Below, one piece after another: positions 36,136 to 46,705 of a stretch of 64,000 bases of DNA (its first letter is position 1; every line of letters begins with the position of its first letter). This DNA is from a virus. The position numbers and the translations under genes are program-made. The notes below the pieces were generated by a model. That model made no database searches and was not told where the DNA came from. It saw only the letters and a program-made list of their open reading frames with translations. The stretch spans positions 54,180 through 118,179 of the IMG/VR virus record IMGVR_UViG_3300031616_000001; one strand, 5' to 3'.

Positions 36136-38154
36136 ATGCCCCAAAGCACCCGTTCCAACCCGACGCGGGCGTACTCGACGTTCGACATCAAGTCGATCAG
36201 CGAGGACAAGCGAATCATCACCGGCATCGCGTCGACGCCGTCGGTCGATCGCATGGACGACATCGTCGAGCCGATGGGCGCGCAGTTCAAGCTGCCGCTG
36301 CCCCTGCTCTGGCAGCACGACTCGCATTGCCCGGTCGGTCAGGTCATCGCCGCCAAGGCCACGAAGGCCGGCATCGAAGTGACTTGCCAGTTTGCGCAAG
36401 TCGACGAACCGCCGAGCCTGAAGGACGACCTCGACCGCGCGTGGGCGCAGGTCAAGGCAAAGCTGGTCCGCGGCTTCTCCATCGGCTTCAGTGCCCTCGA
36501 GTCGATCGACATCGAAGGCACCTGGGGCCGTCGCTTCACGAAGTGGGACTGGCTCGAGCTGAGCGCCGTGACGATTCCGGCCAACGCCGACTGTTCCATT
36601 CAAACCATCAAGTCCGTCGACACGGAAACGCGGGCCGCGCTTGGCCTCACGCGAAAGGGTGTCGTTCGTCTTGCAGACCCTCCCGGCGCTTCGGGAAAGA
36701 CCAGTGCACAGCCCGCCTCAAGCGGGCTTTTTGTTGCCTCAACCACTCCCGAAGGAAAGCTCACCATGAAGACCCTCGCTGAACGTATTGCCGAGTTCAA
36801 GGCCCGCAAGGCCGAGAACCTCAAGGCCCTCCAAGTCATCGTCGACAAGACCCTCGAGTCCGGCGAAACGCTGGATGCCGAGACCAAGCAGAAGCAGGCC
36901 GATCTCCGCGCGGAGAACACGACCATCGACGAGCACGTCACGATGCTCGAGCAGCACGAGAAGGACATGCTGGCCACCGCCACGGAAGTGACGCCGGCGA
37001 ACACCACGCCGCGCGGCACCAGCGTCGACCGCCCGGGCGCCGTCGTCGTGGCCGTCAAGTCGAACCTGCCGAAGGGCATCGGCTTCGCGCGCATCGCGCA
37101 GGCCATCCTGCACTCCAAGGGCAACATCGGCCAAGCCGCGGAAATCGCCAAGCGCTGGTCCGACGCGCCGGAGATCTCGCGCGTGCTGCACGCCATGTCG
37201 AGCGCCGGCTCCACCAACCTGAAGGCTGCCGTTGCCGTCGGCGACAGCAACACCTCGGGTTGGGCGAGCCAACTCGTCTACTACAACGACCTGGCGAGCG
37301 AGTTCTACGGCCTGCTGTACCCGAAGACCATCATCGGTCGCATCCCCGGCCTGCGTCGCATCCCGTTCAACGTCCGCATCGGTGGTACCTCGTCGGGCTC
37401 GAGCTCGGCGTGGGTCGGCGAGAACAACCCCATCCCGGCCAGCGCGCTGGCGTTCACCTCGGTGACGCTGGGACACGCGAAGGCCGCCAGCCTGGTGGTG
37501 TTCACGCGTGAACTCGCGACGATGTCGAATCCGCAGGCCGAAATGGTCGTGCGCGACGACATGCTGTCGACGATGACGAAGTTCGCCGACGAGCAGTTCA
37601 TCAACCCCGCGGTGGCGGCCAGCGCGAACGTCAGCCCGGCGTCCATCACCAACGGTGCGACGGCGGTCGCCTCTGCCGGCAACTCGGTGGCGAACATCTA
37701 CACCGACGTGTCGACCATCAAGAAGCTGTTCACCGCGGCCAACCTGGACATGGACGACCTGGTCTGGGTGATGCGTCCGGACGTTGCGCTGGACCTGCAG
37801 ATGAAGCGCACGTCGCAGGACCTGCCGATCTTCCCGGACATCACGATGGACGGTGGTCGCTGGTTCGGTCTGCCGGTGGTGACGTCGAACTCGGTACCGA
37901 CCTCGGTGTCGGGCGGCTCGATCATCGCGCTGGTCAAGGCCAGCGAGGTGTACTTCGCCGATGACGGCGGCATGACCATGGACTACACGCAAGAGGCGTC
38001 GGTCCAGATGCTGACCAACCCGGCGACTGGCGCGCAGTCGCTGGTGTCGCTGTTCCAGAACGATCTCGTTGGCCTGCGCGCCATCCGCGAGATGAACTGG
38101 CAGCGTCGCCGTGCGGCGGGCGTCGCGTACATCGACGGCGTTTCGTACGCCTGA
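36136..38154 (+). CDS. HK97-family prohead protease fused to major capsid protein (internal start 36766)
   Basis: LLWQHD, GFSIGF, ELSAVTIPAN protease; capsid region AWVGE, SLFQNDLVGLRA. Confidence 0.92.
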   Translation: MPQSTRSNPTRAYSTFDIKSISEDKRIITGIASTPSVDRMDDIVEPMGAQFKLPLPLLWQHDSHCPVGQVIAAKATKAGIEVTCQFAQVDEPPSLKDDLDRAWAQVKAKLVRGFSIGFSALESIDIEGTWGRRFTKWDWLELSAVTIPANADCSIQTIKSVDTETRAALGLTRKGVVRLADPPGASGKTSAQPASSGLFVASTTPEGKLTMKTLAERIAEFKARKAENLKALQVIVDKTLESGETLDAETKQKQADLRAENTTIDEHVTMLEQHEKDMLATATEVTPANTTPRGTSVDRPGAVVVAVKSNLPKGIGFARIAQAILHSKGNIGQAAEIAKRWSDAPEISRVLHAMSSAGSTNLKAAVAVGDSNTSGWASQLVYYNDLASEFYGLLYPKTIIGRIPGLRRIPFNVRIGGTSSGSSSAWVGENNPIPASALAFTSVTLGHAKAASLVVFTRELATMSNPQAEMVVRDDMLSTMTKFADEQFINPAVAASANVSPASITNGATAVASAGNSVANIYTDVSTIKKLFTAANLDMDDLVWVMRPDVALDLQMKRTSQDLPIFPDITMDGGRWFGLPVVTSNSVPTSVSGGSIIALVKASEVYFADDGGMTMDYTQEASVQMLTNPATGAQSLVSLFQNDLVGLRAIREMNWQRRRAAGVAYIDGVSYA

Positions 38155-38203
38155 TCCTGACTGAGGCGGTCCATCCGGACCGCCTCAACGCGTCGAAATC
38201 GAA

Positions 38204-38230
38204 GAGCCGCCCCCGGGCGGCTTTTCCGTT
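38204..38230 (+). terminator. terminator after capsid gene
   Basis: AGCCGCC-CCCG-GGCGGCT-TTT. Confidence 0.65.
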
Positions 38231-38258
38231 TCTGCGCTAGCGCGACGAAGGATCCCAG

Positions 38259-38513
38259 ATGAGCATTCGAATGATCTCGATCGGCTCGCACCGCTACGCC
38301 GGTGTCTGGCTCAAGGCGGGTGACCAATTCACGGTTGCCAACGAGCGCGACGCCAAAGAACTGATTCGCCAGGGCTTCGCGCAGCGCGGCAAGTCAGTTA
38401 CCGCCCAGACGTACGACACGCGTGTCCTCACCGCGTCGACCGCCGCGCCCGCGGCTTCCGGCGACGCGCAGGCGAAGCGCGGGTACCGGCATCGCAACTC
38501 GACGGCGCGATGA
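38259..38513 (+). CDS. small head-associated protein
   Basis: LKAGDQF...AKELIRQGFA; follows the capsid gene. Confidence 0.6.
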   Translation: MSIRMISIGSHRYAGVWLKAGDQFTVANERDAKELIRQGFAQRGKSVTAQTYDTRVLTASTAAPAASGDAQAKRGYRHRNSTAR

Positions 38514-38728
38514 ACAAGGTCGAGACGGTCGAATTCGGCGGCGCCGCCAAGCCGGATGCCTCGGGCGTCGTGGTCCTTGTCGCGCTCGCACTTCTCGTCA
38601 TTGGCGTCGCGATGGCAGTCGTTGGCGTCGACATGCTCTTCGGCCGCGGCTGGGCGTTGCTGACCGCGGCTCCGCTCCCGATCCTCCTGGCAGTCATTCT
38701 CTTCAACGGGGTGAAGCGTGGCCGCTAG
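38510..38728 (+). CDS. small membrane protein
   Basis: Two TM segments, directly upstream of portal. Confidence 0.55.
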   Translation: MNKVETVEFGGAAKPDASGVVVLVALALLVIGVAMAVVGVDMLFGRGWALLTAAPLPILLAVILFNGVKRGR

Positions 38729-40448
38729 AAACTCCCTGTTCAGCGCGCTCGCGCGCGGCCTCTCGTCGATCAGCAAGGCCGTCGTCCCAGTCACGCGGCC
38801 GCCGGCGAGCTCCGTCAGCCAGAGCCCCAGCTGGTGGGGCAGCATCCGCGAGTCGTTCGCCGGCGCCTGGCAGCAGAACGCCATCGTTGCCGATCCGCAC
38901 CACACGCTGCTCGCGTTCTCCGCGGTCTACTCCTGCGTGACGCTGATCGCTGCCGACATCAGCAAGCTCCGCATCAAGCTCGTCGCCTTCGACAAGGGCG
39001 TGTGGACGGAAACGCAGAACGGGGCCTTCAGCCCGGTGCTGCGCAAGCCCAACAACTATCAGACGCGCATCCAGTTCATCAGCCAGTGGGTGCAATCCAA
39101 GCTGATCTACGGCAATGCGTACGTCCTGAAAGAGCGCGACGCGCGCGGCATCGTCGTCGCCATGTACTGCCTGGACCCGCGGCTGGTAAAAGCGCTGGTC
39201 ACCGACAACGGCGAGGTTTTCTACGACGTCGGCACCGACCGCCTGCTGGGCCGCATCACGTCGTTCACCGTGCCGGCCAGCGAGATCATCCACGACCGCG
39301 CGGTGTGCTTCTTCCACCCGCTGGTCGGCATCGGCCCGCTGTACGCCTGCGGTATCAGTGCGACCCAAGGCAATCGCATCCAGCAGAACTCGGCGCGGTT
39401 CTTCGAGAACATGAGCCGTCCGTCGGGGATGCTGACGGCGCCGGAAACCATCAGCGATGAAGTCGCACTGCGGCTGAAGGCGGAGTTCGAAGCCAACTTC
39501 AGCGGCGCCAATATTGGCCGCCTGCTCGTCGCCGGCGACGGTCTCAAGTACGAGGCGATGACGATTCCCGCAGAGCAGGCGCAACTCATCGAGCAGCTGC
39601 GGTGGACCGTCGAAGACGTGGCGCGCTGCTTCCACGTGCCGCTGCACAAGATCGCCAGCGACACCGGCGTCAAGTTCAACAACATGGCGGCGATGAATCA
39701 GGACTACTACAGCCAGACGCTGCAGGAGCTGATCGAAGGCATCGAGTTGCTGCTCGACGAAGGCCTGGGCTTGACCGGTGGTCCGCAAGTGCTCGGCGTT
39801 GAGCTCGACCTCGAGGGCCTGCTGCGCATGGATCCCGTGCAGCGCGCTCAGCGCAACGAGAGCGCGATGAATGCCGGCTACATGGCGCCAGACGAAGCCC
39901 GCGCGTCGGAGAACCTGCCGCCGGTTGCCGGTGGTGCCGGCAAAGAGCCCTTCATGCAGCAGCAGAAGTTCCCGTTGTCGGTGCTCATCCAGCAGGCAGC
40001 TCCTGGCAGCACGCCAGCACCGGCGCCGGCAACAGATCCGGTCCCAGATCCGAATGCCGCCGCAGCCGCAGCCGCGGCCGCGCAGGCCGCGAAGTCGGTC
40101 GACGACCTGCAGCAGGCTGTGACGGCAACCATGGACCGCGTGTCGGCCAGCGTCGCAGAGATCATGACGCGCGCCGCCGAGACTGCGGCCGAGCAAGCGG
40201 CGCGGGCCGCCGCGCGCGTCGCTGAGCTCGAGACAGCAGCCGAGCGTCGCCATGCCGATCAACTCGCGATCCTCGCCCGCGTCGAGGACGAGATCGAGAG
40301 TGAGCGGAAGGCGCTGATCGAAGAGCGTGCGCGCGTCGCCGACGAGAAGCGGGTCGCCGCCGCGTCGGCAGATCTCCATGAGGTCGATGCCGAGGATCTC
40401 GCACAGGCACTGATCGCGAAGTTCACCGAGGCGGCGCGTGAGCAATGA
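38718..40448 (+). CDS. portal protein, HK97 family, with C-terminal coiled-coil extension
   Basis: AVYSCVTLIAADI, YGNAY, EIIH, FFENMSRPSG, VARCFHVP. Confidence 0.92.
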   Translation: MAARNSLFSALARGLSSISKAVVPVTRPPASSVSQSPSWWGSIRESFAGAWQQNAIVADPHHTLLAFSAVYSCVTLIAADISKLRIKLVAFDKGVWTETQNGAFSPVLRKPNNYQTRIQFISQWVQSKLIYGNAYVLKERDARGIVVAMYCLDPRLVKALVTDNGEVFYDVGTDRLLGRITSFTVPASEIIHDRAVCFFHPLVGIGPLYACGISATQGNRIQQNSARFFENMSRPSGMLTAPETISDEVALRLKAEFEANFSGANIGRLLVAGDGLKYEAMTIPAEQAQLIEQLRWTVEDVARCFHVPLHKIASDTGVKFNNMAAMNQDYYSQTLQELIEGIELLLDEGLGLTGGPQVLGVELDLEGLLRMDPVQRAQRNESAMNAGYMAPDEARASENLPPVAGGAGKEPFMQQQKFPLSVLIQQAAPGSTPAPAPATDPVPDPNAAAAAAAAAQAAKSVDDLQQAVTATMDRVSASVAEIMTRAAETAAEQAARAAARVAELETAAERRHADQLAILARVEDEIESERKALIEERARVADEKRVAAASADLHEVDAEDLAQALIAKFTEAAREQ

Positions 40449-41178
40449 AGACGGTGATGCGCGCGACCGAGTAGTCCGTCATGGCCGCGATGGCCGTGAC
40501 GGTCGCGACGGGAAGGATGGCGAGCCGGGACCGCTGGGTGATACCGGTCCGCGAGGGAAAGATGGCTGCGACGGCAAGAGTGTCACGCCCGAAGATCTGC
40601 GACCGATGGTGCAGGCGCTCGTCGAGCGCATCGTCGCCGATACGCCAGCGGATCTGCAGAAAGACAACGGCGACCTGCTCGCGCAGATCCGGGACCTCGT
40701 GGCTGCCGCGGTGGCGCGGATCGAAATGCCGCCCGGGCCGAAGGGCGACGACGGCGCCAAAGGCGAACACGGCGAACGCGGCCCGCGTGGTTTCAAGGGC
40801 GAGCGCGGCGACAACGGCGAGCGCGGACCGACGGGCCCCATGGGGCCTATGCCGCAGCACGAATGGGACCGCACAAGGATTCGATTCGAAGAGTCGCCCG
40901 GTGTCTGGGGCGACTGGGTCGACCTTCGCGGCCCGCGTGGGCTATCCGGTGGCGGTGGCGGCGGTTCTGCACCGGCCGAACCTACGGCGCCGCCGTTCGA
41001 TCTCGACTCACTCGGCTTGGCAGATCCGCTGGTCACGCCCGAAGAGACCATCGTCAAACAGAACGGCGTGTGGCTTCGCATGCGATGGGACGACTTCCTC
41101 GCGCTCGTCGGCGCTCCGCCGCCAACAGGACAGAGGTATGCCGATGACTATGCCGATCAATACACCGTTTACGAGTAG
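40438..41178 (+). CDS. collagen-like (Gly-X-Y) virion protein
   Basis: GRDGRDG and GPKGDDGAKGEHGERG repeats. Confidence 0.75.
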   Translation: MSNEDGDARDRVVRHGRDGRDGRDGKDGEPGPLGDTGPRGKDGCDGKSVTPEDLRPMVQALVERIVADTPADLQKDNGDLLAQIRDLVAAAVARIEMPPGPKGDDGAKGEHGERGPRGFKGERGDNGERGPTGPMGPMPQHEWDRTRIRFEESPGVWGDWVDLRGPRGLSGGGGGGSAPAEPTAPPFDLDSLGLADPLVTPEETIVKQNGVWLRMRWDDFLALVGAPPPTGQRYADDYADQYTVYE

Positions 41179-41181
41179 CGC

Positions 41182-44100
41182 ATGACGGGTATCACCTATC
41201 GCTCAGATCAGACGCGCAACCTCAGCGCGTCGGAGGTCGACGGCAACTTTCTGCAGCTGACGCAGAACAAGGTCGAGACTTCGGTCTACAGCGCGCTCGC
41301 GGCTGCCGTGCTCGGCCTGGCCGCGATCAGCGCGATCGCCGCCGGCACGACAGATCTGACGGCCGGCACGCTGTCATTCGGAAATTCCAACGGCGTGACC
41401 TTCGGGCTCAACGGCGCCACGCTGACGGCCTCGGTGCGCACCGACTACCTCACCACGGCCGCGCTCAGCGGCCATTCGCACGGCAACCCGACGCTCGCCC
41501 TCACGAACCTCAGCGGCAGCACGGCGTCAAACAGCGCGGGCCTCACGCTGTCGCTATCGGCGGCCGCGCCCGGCGCCGGCGCGGGGATCTCGGCGGCCGG
41601 CTCGTCGCAGAGCAACGGCACGATCGTCTTCTCGAACAGCAATGGGCTGTCGTTCGGCATGAACGGCAGCACTGTCACCGGATCGCACAACGGCCTCACC
41701 ACCGCCGCGCAGTCGAACCACTCGCACGGCAACCCTACCCTGGCGCTGACGAACCTCAGCGGATCGACGGCTTCAAACAGCGCCGGCCTGACGATCAGCT
41801 TGTCGGCGGCGCCGCCAGACGGCATCGGGATATCGGCCGCCGCCGGCTCACAGACGGCCTCGAGCGGCACGATCAATTTCGCGAACTCGAATGGCCTGAC
41901 GTTCGGGATGTCCGGCAGCTCGCAGATCACTGGCAGCTACACGGTTCCCGAGACATCGGCCTTCCTGACGACGGCCGCATTGTCGAATCACAGCCACGGC
42001 AACCCGACGTTGGCGCTCACGAACCTGTCGGGATCGACGGCCAGCAATTCGGCGGGCCTGACGCTGAGTCTCAGCGCGGCCGCGCCGGCGGCCGGCGTGG
42101 CCATCTCGGCGGCCGGATCCTCGGTCAGCGCCGGCACGCTGGTCTTCTCGAACAGCAACGGCATCTCGTTCGGATTGAGCGCGTCGACGATCACGGCGAG
42201 CTACACCGTCCCCAACACGGCGGGCCTGTTGTCGGCGATCAACCTGTCAGCCGGTACCACCTCGCAGAACGTCTCGGCGCTGACGTTCGAAAATGCCAAT
42301 GGCCTCAGCTTCGGCCTCGCGGGTTCGGTGGTCACCGCCAGCTATTCGGTACCCAGCCAGACCGGGCTCGTGCCGTACACCGGCGCCACCGCCGATCTGA
42401 ACCTCGGCGCGCACTGGCTGAGCCAGGTGCGCGGGCTCGCCTTCGATGTCGGCGACCTGACGGCTCCGGCCCACGCCGAAGGCCAGCTCGGCTACGACCT
42501 CAAGAACTTGTGCATGACGCTGGACATGTACGGTGGCGCGCGGCTGCAGATTGGGCAAGAGCTCTACATCATTGTTTACAACGATTCGGGTTCCGACATC
42601 GGCGACGGCCAGGTCGTCTATCAGAATGCGTCGGCGCGAATCGAATACGTGTCCGGCAAGTTCGGCGACTACCCGACCGTCCGCTTGGCGCAGGCAAACT
42701 CGGTTCTGACGTCAGACGCACTCGGCGTCTCGACCACGTTGATCCCGAACGGCGGCTTTGGCTTCGTGACGGCATTCGGCCTGGTCAACACGCTCGACAC
42801 GTCGGCATGGGCTGCCGGCGACCAGCTCTATCTGTCGGAAGCCACGCCGGGCGAGATGACCAACGTGTCGCCGACGACGCCGAACCGGTCGGTGCTCATC
42901 GCCCGCGTGATCCGCTCGCACGCCACGGCCGGCAACATCATGCTCGGCCTGCAGCAGTTCGCGAACTTCGCGGACCACCTTGATGTCGCCATCGCGTCGC
43001 CGTCGAACGGTGACGTCGTCCAGTACAACGGAGCGGTTTCGAAGTGGGAGAACATGGCCCTGCCGGCCGTGTCGGCGATCAACATCAGCGCCGGGTCCAC
43101 ATCGAACAACGCCAGCGCCTTCGTATTCTCGAACGGCAACAACATCAGCTTCGGGCTGAACGGCTCGACGATCACGGCCTCAGCGGCGCAATCGGTGCAG
43201 ACGCAGTCGAACGTCCAAGGCATCAGCGCTGGCACGCAGGTCGCGCGCACCGGAGACATCGTCTTCGCGAACTCGAATGGCATGACGTTCGGGCTGAGTG
43301 GCAGCAGCCAACTGACGGCGAGCTACTCGGTGCCGTCCACTGCCGGCCTGCTGTCGGCCATCAATCTCAGCGCGGGCACGACGTCACAGAACTTGTCGGC
43401 CCTGACGTTCTCCAACCAAAACGGCGTGACCTTCGGCTTGGCGGGCTCGGTGATCACGGCCAGCATCGCCGCCGTGGCCGGCGCGCAGACCGGTATCAGC
43501 GGCATCGCGAATAGCGAGACGACGTTCTCCAGCGGCACCGTCGGGTTCTCGGAGCTCGGCGCGATCACGATCCGCAGCACGACTGGCAACCAGCTGCAGT
43601 TCAGCGTGGCGCCGCAGAGCAACCAGGCGATCGGCCTCTACGCGTCGTCGCAGACGTTCGGGCAGTCCTCCAGCAGCGGCTTCGATGCGCGCAGCCTGAG
43701 TTTCGTCGGCTCCGGCGGCATCTCGATCGGGCTTAGCGCTGGCTCGATCCTGATCAGCGGCCTGACAACGGCAGCCCAGACCAACCAGAGCGTCGGCCTG
43801 TATGCGACCGGCAACACGACGCAGAACAGCTCGACGACGCTTGACGCGAGGTCGCTGTCGTTCAACGGCCTCGGCGCCGCCACGGTTGGCTTCAGCAACG
43901 GCTCGATCCAGATCAGTGCGCCGGTGCAGACCGCGCAGACGCAGAGCAACGTCCAGGGAATCATCGTCTCGAACACGACGTACCGCACAGGCGACGTCTC
44001 GTTCAGCAACGCCAACGGCATCAGTTTCGGATCGAGCGCCGGCCAGGCGATCACGGCGAGCTATACCGTTCCCGGCGCGACGGTCTTCAGCAATTCGAAC

Positions 44101-46695
44101 AACGTCACCTTCGGGTTGAACGGTTCGACCGTGACAGCCACGGCCAGCTTCGCGCAGAGCGCACAGACCATAGGCTTGTACGGGTCTTCGCAAACGTACG
44201 GCCAGTCGTCGAGTTCAACGGTCGACGCGCGCAGCCTCAGCATCGTGGGGTCGGGCGGCGTCTCCGTGGGCATGTCGGCAGGATCCCTGCTGATCAGCGG
44301 TCAGACAACGGCTGCTCAAACGGCGCAGTCGATCGGCCTGTATGCGTCATCGCAGACCTTTGGCCAGAGCTCCAGCTCAACGATTGACGCCAGAAGCCTG
44401 AGCGTTGTCGGCTCCGGCGGCGTGTCGATTGGAATGAGCGCCGGTTCCCTGCTCATCTCCGGCCAGACGACCGTCGCGCAAAGCGTTCAGACGCAGAGCA
44501 CGGTCGCGATCAACGGGTCCACCGGCGCCATCAGCTTCGCGAACTCGAACGGCATCACGTTCGGCTTCAACGCGAGCACCGTGACGGCCAGTCACAACGG
44601 CCTCACGAGCCAGACTGTCCAGACGCAGTCGAACGTGCAGGGCATCAGCGCCGGCACGCAGGTCGGACGCACGGGCGATATCGTCTTCAGCAACTCCAAC
44701 GGGATCTCCTTCGGGTTGTCGGGGTCGAACACGCTGACGGCGAGCTACACGGTGCCAGGCGCGACGGTGTTCTCGAACTCGAACAACGTGAGCTTCGGGC
44801 TCAACGGTTCGACGGTGACGGCCACCGCGACGTTTGCCCAGACCGCGCAGACCATGGGACTCTACGGGTCCTCTCAGACGTATGGGCAGAGTTCGTCGAG
44901 CACCATCGACGCCCGCAGTTTGAGCGTGGTCGGATCTGGTGGCGTCTCGGTCGGCATGAGCGCGGGATCGTTGCTGATCAGCGGCCAGACCACGGTCGCA
45001 CAGTCAGCGCAGACGCAATCCAACGTCCAGGGGATCGTGGTTTCCAACACCACGTACCGGACCGGCGACGTCTCGTTCTCGAACCTGAACGGCATCAGCT
45101 TCGGCTCGAACGGCGCCAACGTCGTCACCGCCTCGTACACGGTACCGACGCAGTCGGCGCAGACGATCGGCCTGTACGCCTCGAGCCAGACCGTCGGGCA
45201 GAGCTCGTCGAGTACGGTCGACGCGAGATCGCTGACCATCGTCGGCATGGGCGGCGTGTCGGCAGGGATGTCGGCGGGCTCGCTGATCATCAGCGGCGGC
45301 GCGGCTGGCGCGGGCGGCGTGGCGATGTCGGCGGGCACGCAGTCGGTGAGCACTGGCACGATGGTGTTCTCGAACTCGAACGGCGTCACCTTCGGGATGT
45401 CCGGCTCGAGCCAGATCACGGCCAGCCACAACGGCTTGACGACGCAATCAAACCAGGTCGTCAGCGCATTCGCGGCATCGAACACCACGCAGAGCACGGC
45501 GGGCACGTTCAACGCATCGTCGATGATCATCGCCGGCGCCGGTGTCGTATCGGTCGGCGTGAGCAATGGATCGATCGTGATCAGCGCGCCAGCTGCTGCG
45601 GCGTCACCGGTCAACTTCAGTGCGGGTACCACGTCGGGAAATCTCGGGTCGGTTGTCTTCAGCAATGCCAACGGTGTGTCCTTCGGCCTCAATGGGTCAA
45701 CGGTGACGGCCAGCGCGGCTGGCGGCGGCATCGGACTCGGCAACAGCCAGACCACCTACACGTCCGGCAATGCGATCATGAGCGTGGTCGGCGGAGCGAT
45801 GACCATCGCATCGACGACAGGGCAGAGCTTCAATTTCTCGGTTCCGCAGACATCGTCGCTGGTCGGTGCATCGGGGATTCTGGTCAGCACAAACGGCAGC
45901 ACGATCAGCATCTATCAGCCGCTCGTCAGCTACTTCGCGAACGGCTTGCCATACCTGATGAACAGCCAGACGCAGACGGTCCAGCAAAGCACCTCTGTCA
46001 TGTTCCCGATGCAGGTGCGAGAGGCATTCTCGGCGGGCTACATGCGCATGGCGCACACCGTAAGCCTGGCATCCACGTCATTCGCATCGACCGCCAATAG
46101 CGCGTACAGCTACAACCAGCAAGAGACCCACAACGTCGTTCTCTACAGTCTGGGGACCGGCGCGAGTTCGATGAGCTTGCGGTCATTCTCATCGAGTTCC
46201 GTCAGTTTCCGGTACTCGATCAATGTCAGCCAGAACACGACGAACAACATCAGCGTCACTCATGGCCTCACATACCCAGTGAGCAACGGTACATCCTCGC
46301 TGAGCTTCAGCTATGCGGCGACGAACAGCACGATGCAGGTCAGCACGACGCACATGACTGCGTTGAGCGGGATGAAGTTGTGGGACACACAATTCGCGGC
46401 ATCCGTTCCGACAGGCCGCTTGTTCATGGCCTACGGGCAGTCCACGACGCAGACGACGCAAGGCACGGCGGCATTGAGCGCTTGCCGGATTCTGCACAGT
46501 CAAATCGGCATGTCGCAACCGAACAATACATTGGGCTTTTTTGGCTCCGCGAACAACGCATCGATCCAATTCCAACAGGGCATCGGCTCATTCTCTGTCG
46601 CCGGCGGCGGCACAAGCGCCAGCCTAAACCTGTCGCAGGTCAGCTCGTCGGCATCGCACGTTGTCCCATACATCCAGTTCGTGAACCAAGCTTAA
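41182..46695 (+). CDS. 1837-aa Ser/Thr/Gly-rich repeat protein (putative head fibre or decoration)
   Basis: Many F(S/A)NSNG(I/V/L)(S/T)FG units, 3x HGNPTLALTNLSGSTASNSAG, about 5x GQSSSS..DARSL. Confidence 0.8.
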   Translation: MTGITYRSDQTRNLSASEVDGNFLQLTQNKVETSVYSALAAAVLGLAAISAIAAGTTDLTAGTLSFGNSNGVTFGLNGATLTASVRTDYLTTAALSGHSHGNPTLALTNLSGSTASNSAGLTLSLSAAAPGAGAGISAAGSSQSNGTIVFSNSNGLSFGMNGSTVTGSHNGLTTAAQSNHSHGNPTLALTNLSGSTASNSAGLTISLSAAPPDGIGISAAAGSQTASSGTINFANSNGLTFGMSGSSQITGSYTVPETSAFLTTAALSNHSHGNPTLALTNLSGSTASNSAGLTLSLSAAAPAAGVAISAAGSSVSAGTLVFSNSNGISFGLSASTITASYTVPNTAGLLSAINLSAGTTSQNVSALTFENANGLSFGLAGSVVTASYSVPSQTGLVPYTGATADLNLGAHWLSQVRGLAFDVGDLTAPAHAEGQLGYDLKNLCMTLDMYGGARLQIGQELYIIVYNDSGSDIGDGQVVYQNASARIEYVSGKFGDYPTVRLAQANSVLTSDALGVSTTLIPNGGFGFVTAFGLVNTLDTSAWAAGDQLYLSEATPGEMTNVSPTTPNRSVLIARVIRSHATAGNIMLGLQQFANFADHLDVAIASPSNGDVVQYNGAVSKWENMALPAVSAINISAGSTSNNASAFVFSNGNNISFGLNGSTITASAAQSVQTQSNVQGISAGTQVARTGDIVFANSNGMTFGLSGSSQLTASYSVPSTAGLLSAINLSAGTTSQNLSALTFSNQNGVTFGLAGSVITASIAAVAGAQTGISGIANSETTFSSGTVGFSELGAITIRSTTGNQLQFSVAPQSNQAIGLYASSQTFGQSSSSGFDARSLSFVGSGGISIGLSAGSILISGLTTAAQTNQSVGLYATGNTTQNSSTTLDARSLSFNGLGAATVGFSNGSIQISAPVQTAQTQSNVQGIIVSNTTYRTGDVSFSNANGISFGSSAGQAITASYTVPGATVFSNSNNVTFGLNGSTVTATASFAQSAQTIGLYGSSQTYGQSSSSTVDARSLSIVGSGGVSVGMSAGSLLISGQTTAAQTAQSIGLYASSQTFGQSSSSTIDARSLSVVGSGGVSIGMSAGSLLISGQTTVAQSVQTQSTVAINGSTGAISFANSNGITFGFNASTVTASHNGLTSQTVQTQSNVQGISAGTQVGRTGDIVFSNSNGISFGLSGSNTLTASYTVPGATVFSNSNNVSFGLNGSTVTATATFAQTAQTMGLYGSSQTYGQSSSSTIDARSLSVVGSGGVSVGMSAGSLLISGQTTVAQSAQTQSNVQGIVVSNTTYRTGDVSFSNLNGISFGSNGANVVTASYTVPTQSAQTIGLYASSQTVGQSSSSTVDARSLTIVGMGGVSAGMSAGSLIISGGAAGAGGVAMSAGTQSVSTGTMVFSNSNGVTFGMSGSSQITASHNGLTTQSNQVVSAFAASNTTQSTAGTFNASSMIIAGAGVVSVGVSNGSIVISAPAAAASPVNFSAGTTSGNLGSVVFSNANGVSFGLNGSTVTASAAGGGIGLGNSQTTYTSGNAIMSVVGGAMTIASTTGQSFNFSVPQTSSLVGASGILVSTNGSTISIYQPLVSYFANGLPYLMNSQTQTVQQSTSVMFPMQVREAFSAGYMRMAHTVSLASTSFASTANSAYSYNQQETHNVVLYSLGTGASSMSLRSFSSSSVSFRYSINVSQNTTNNISVTHGLTYPVSNGTSSLSFSYAATNSTMQVSTTHMTALSGMKLWDTQFAASVPTGRLFMAYGQSTTQTTQGTAALSACRILHSQIGMSQPNNTLGFFGSANNASIQFQQGIGSFSVAGGGTSASLNLSQVSSSASHVVPYIQFVNQA

Positions 46696-46705
46696 GCCAG
46701 CAGCC

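Noticed and set aside
41182-46695. Ice-nucleation protein or autotransporter adhesin
   Set aside because: It lacks AGYGSTxT repeats, a signal peptide and a C-terminal beta-barrel, and it sits in a virion operon.
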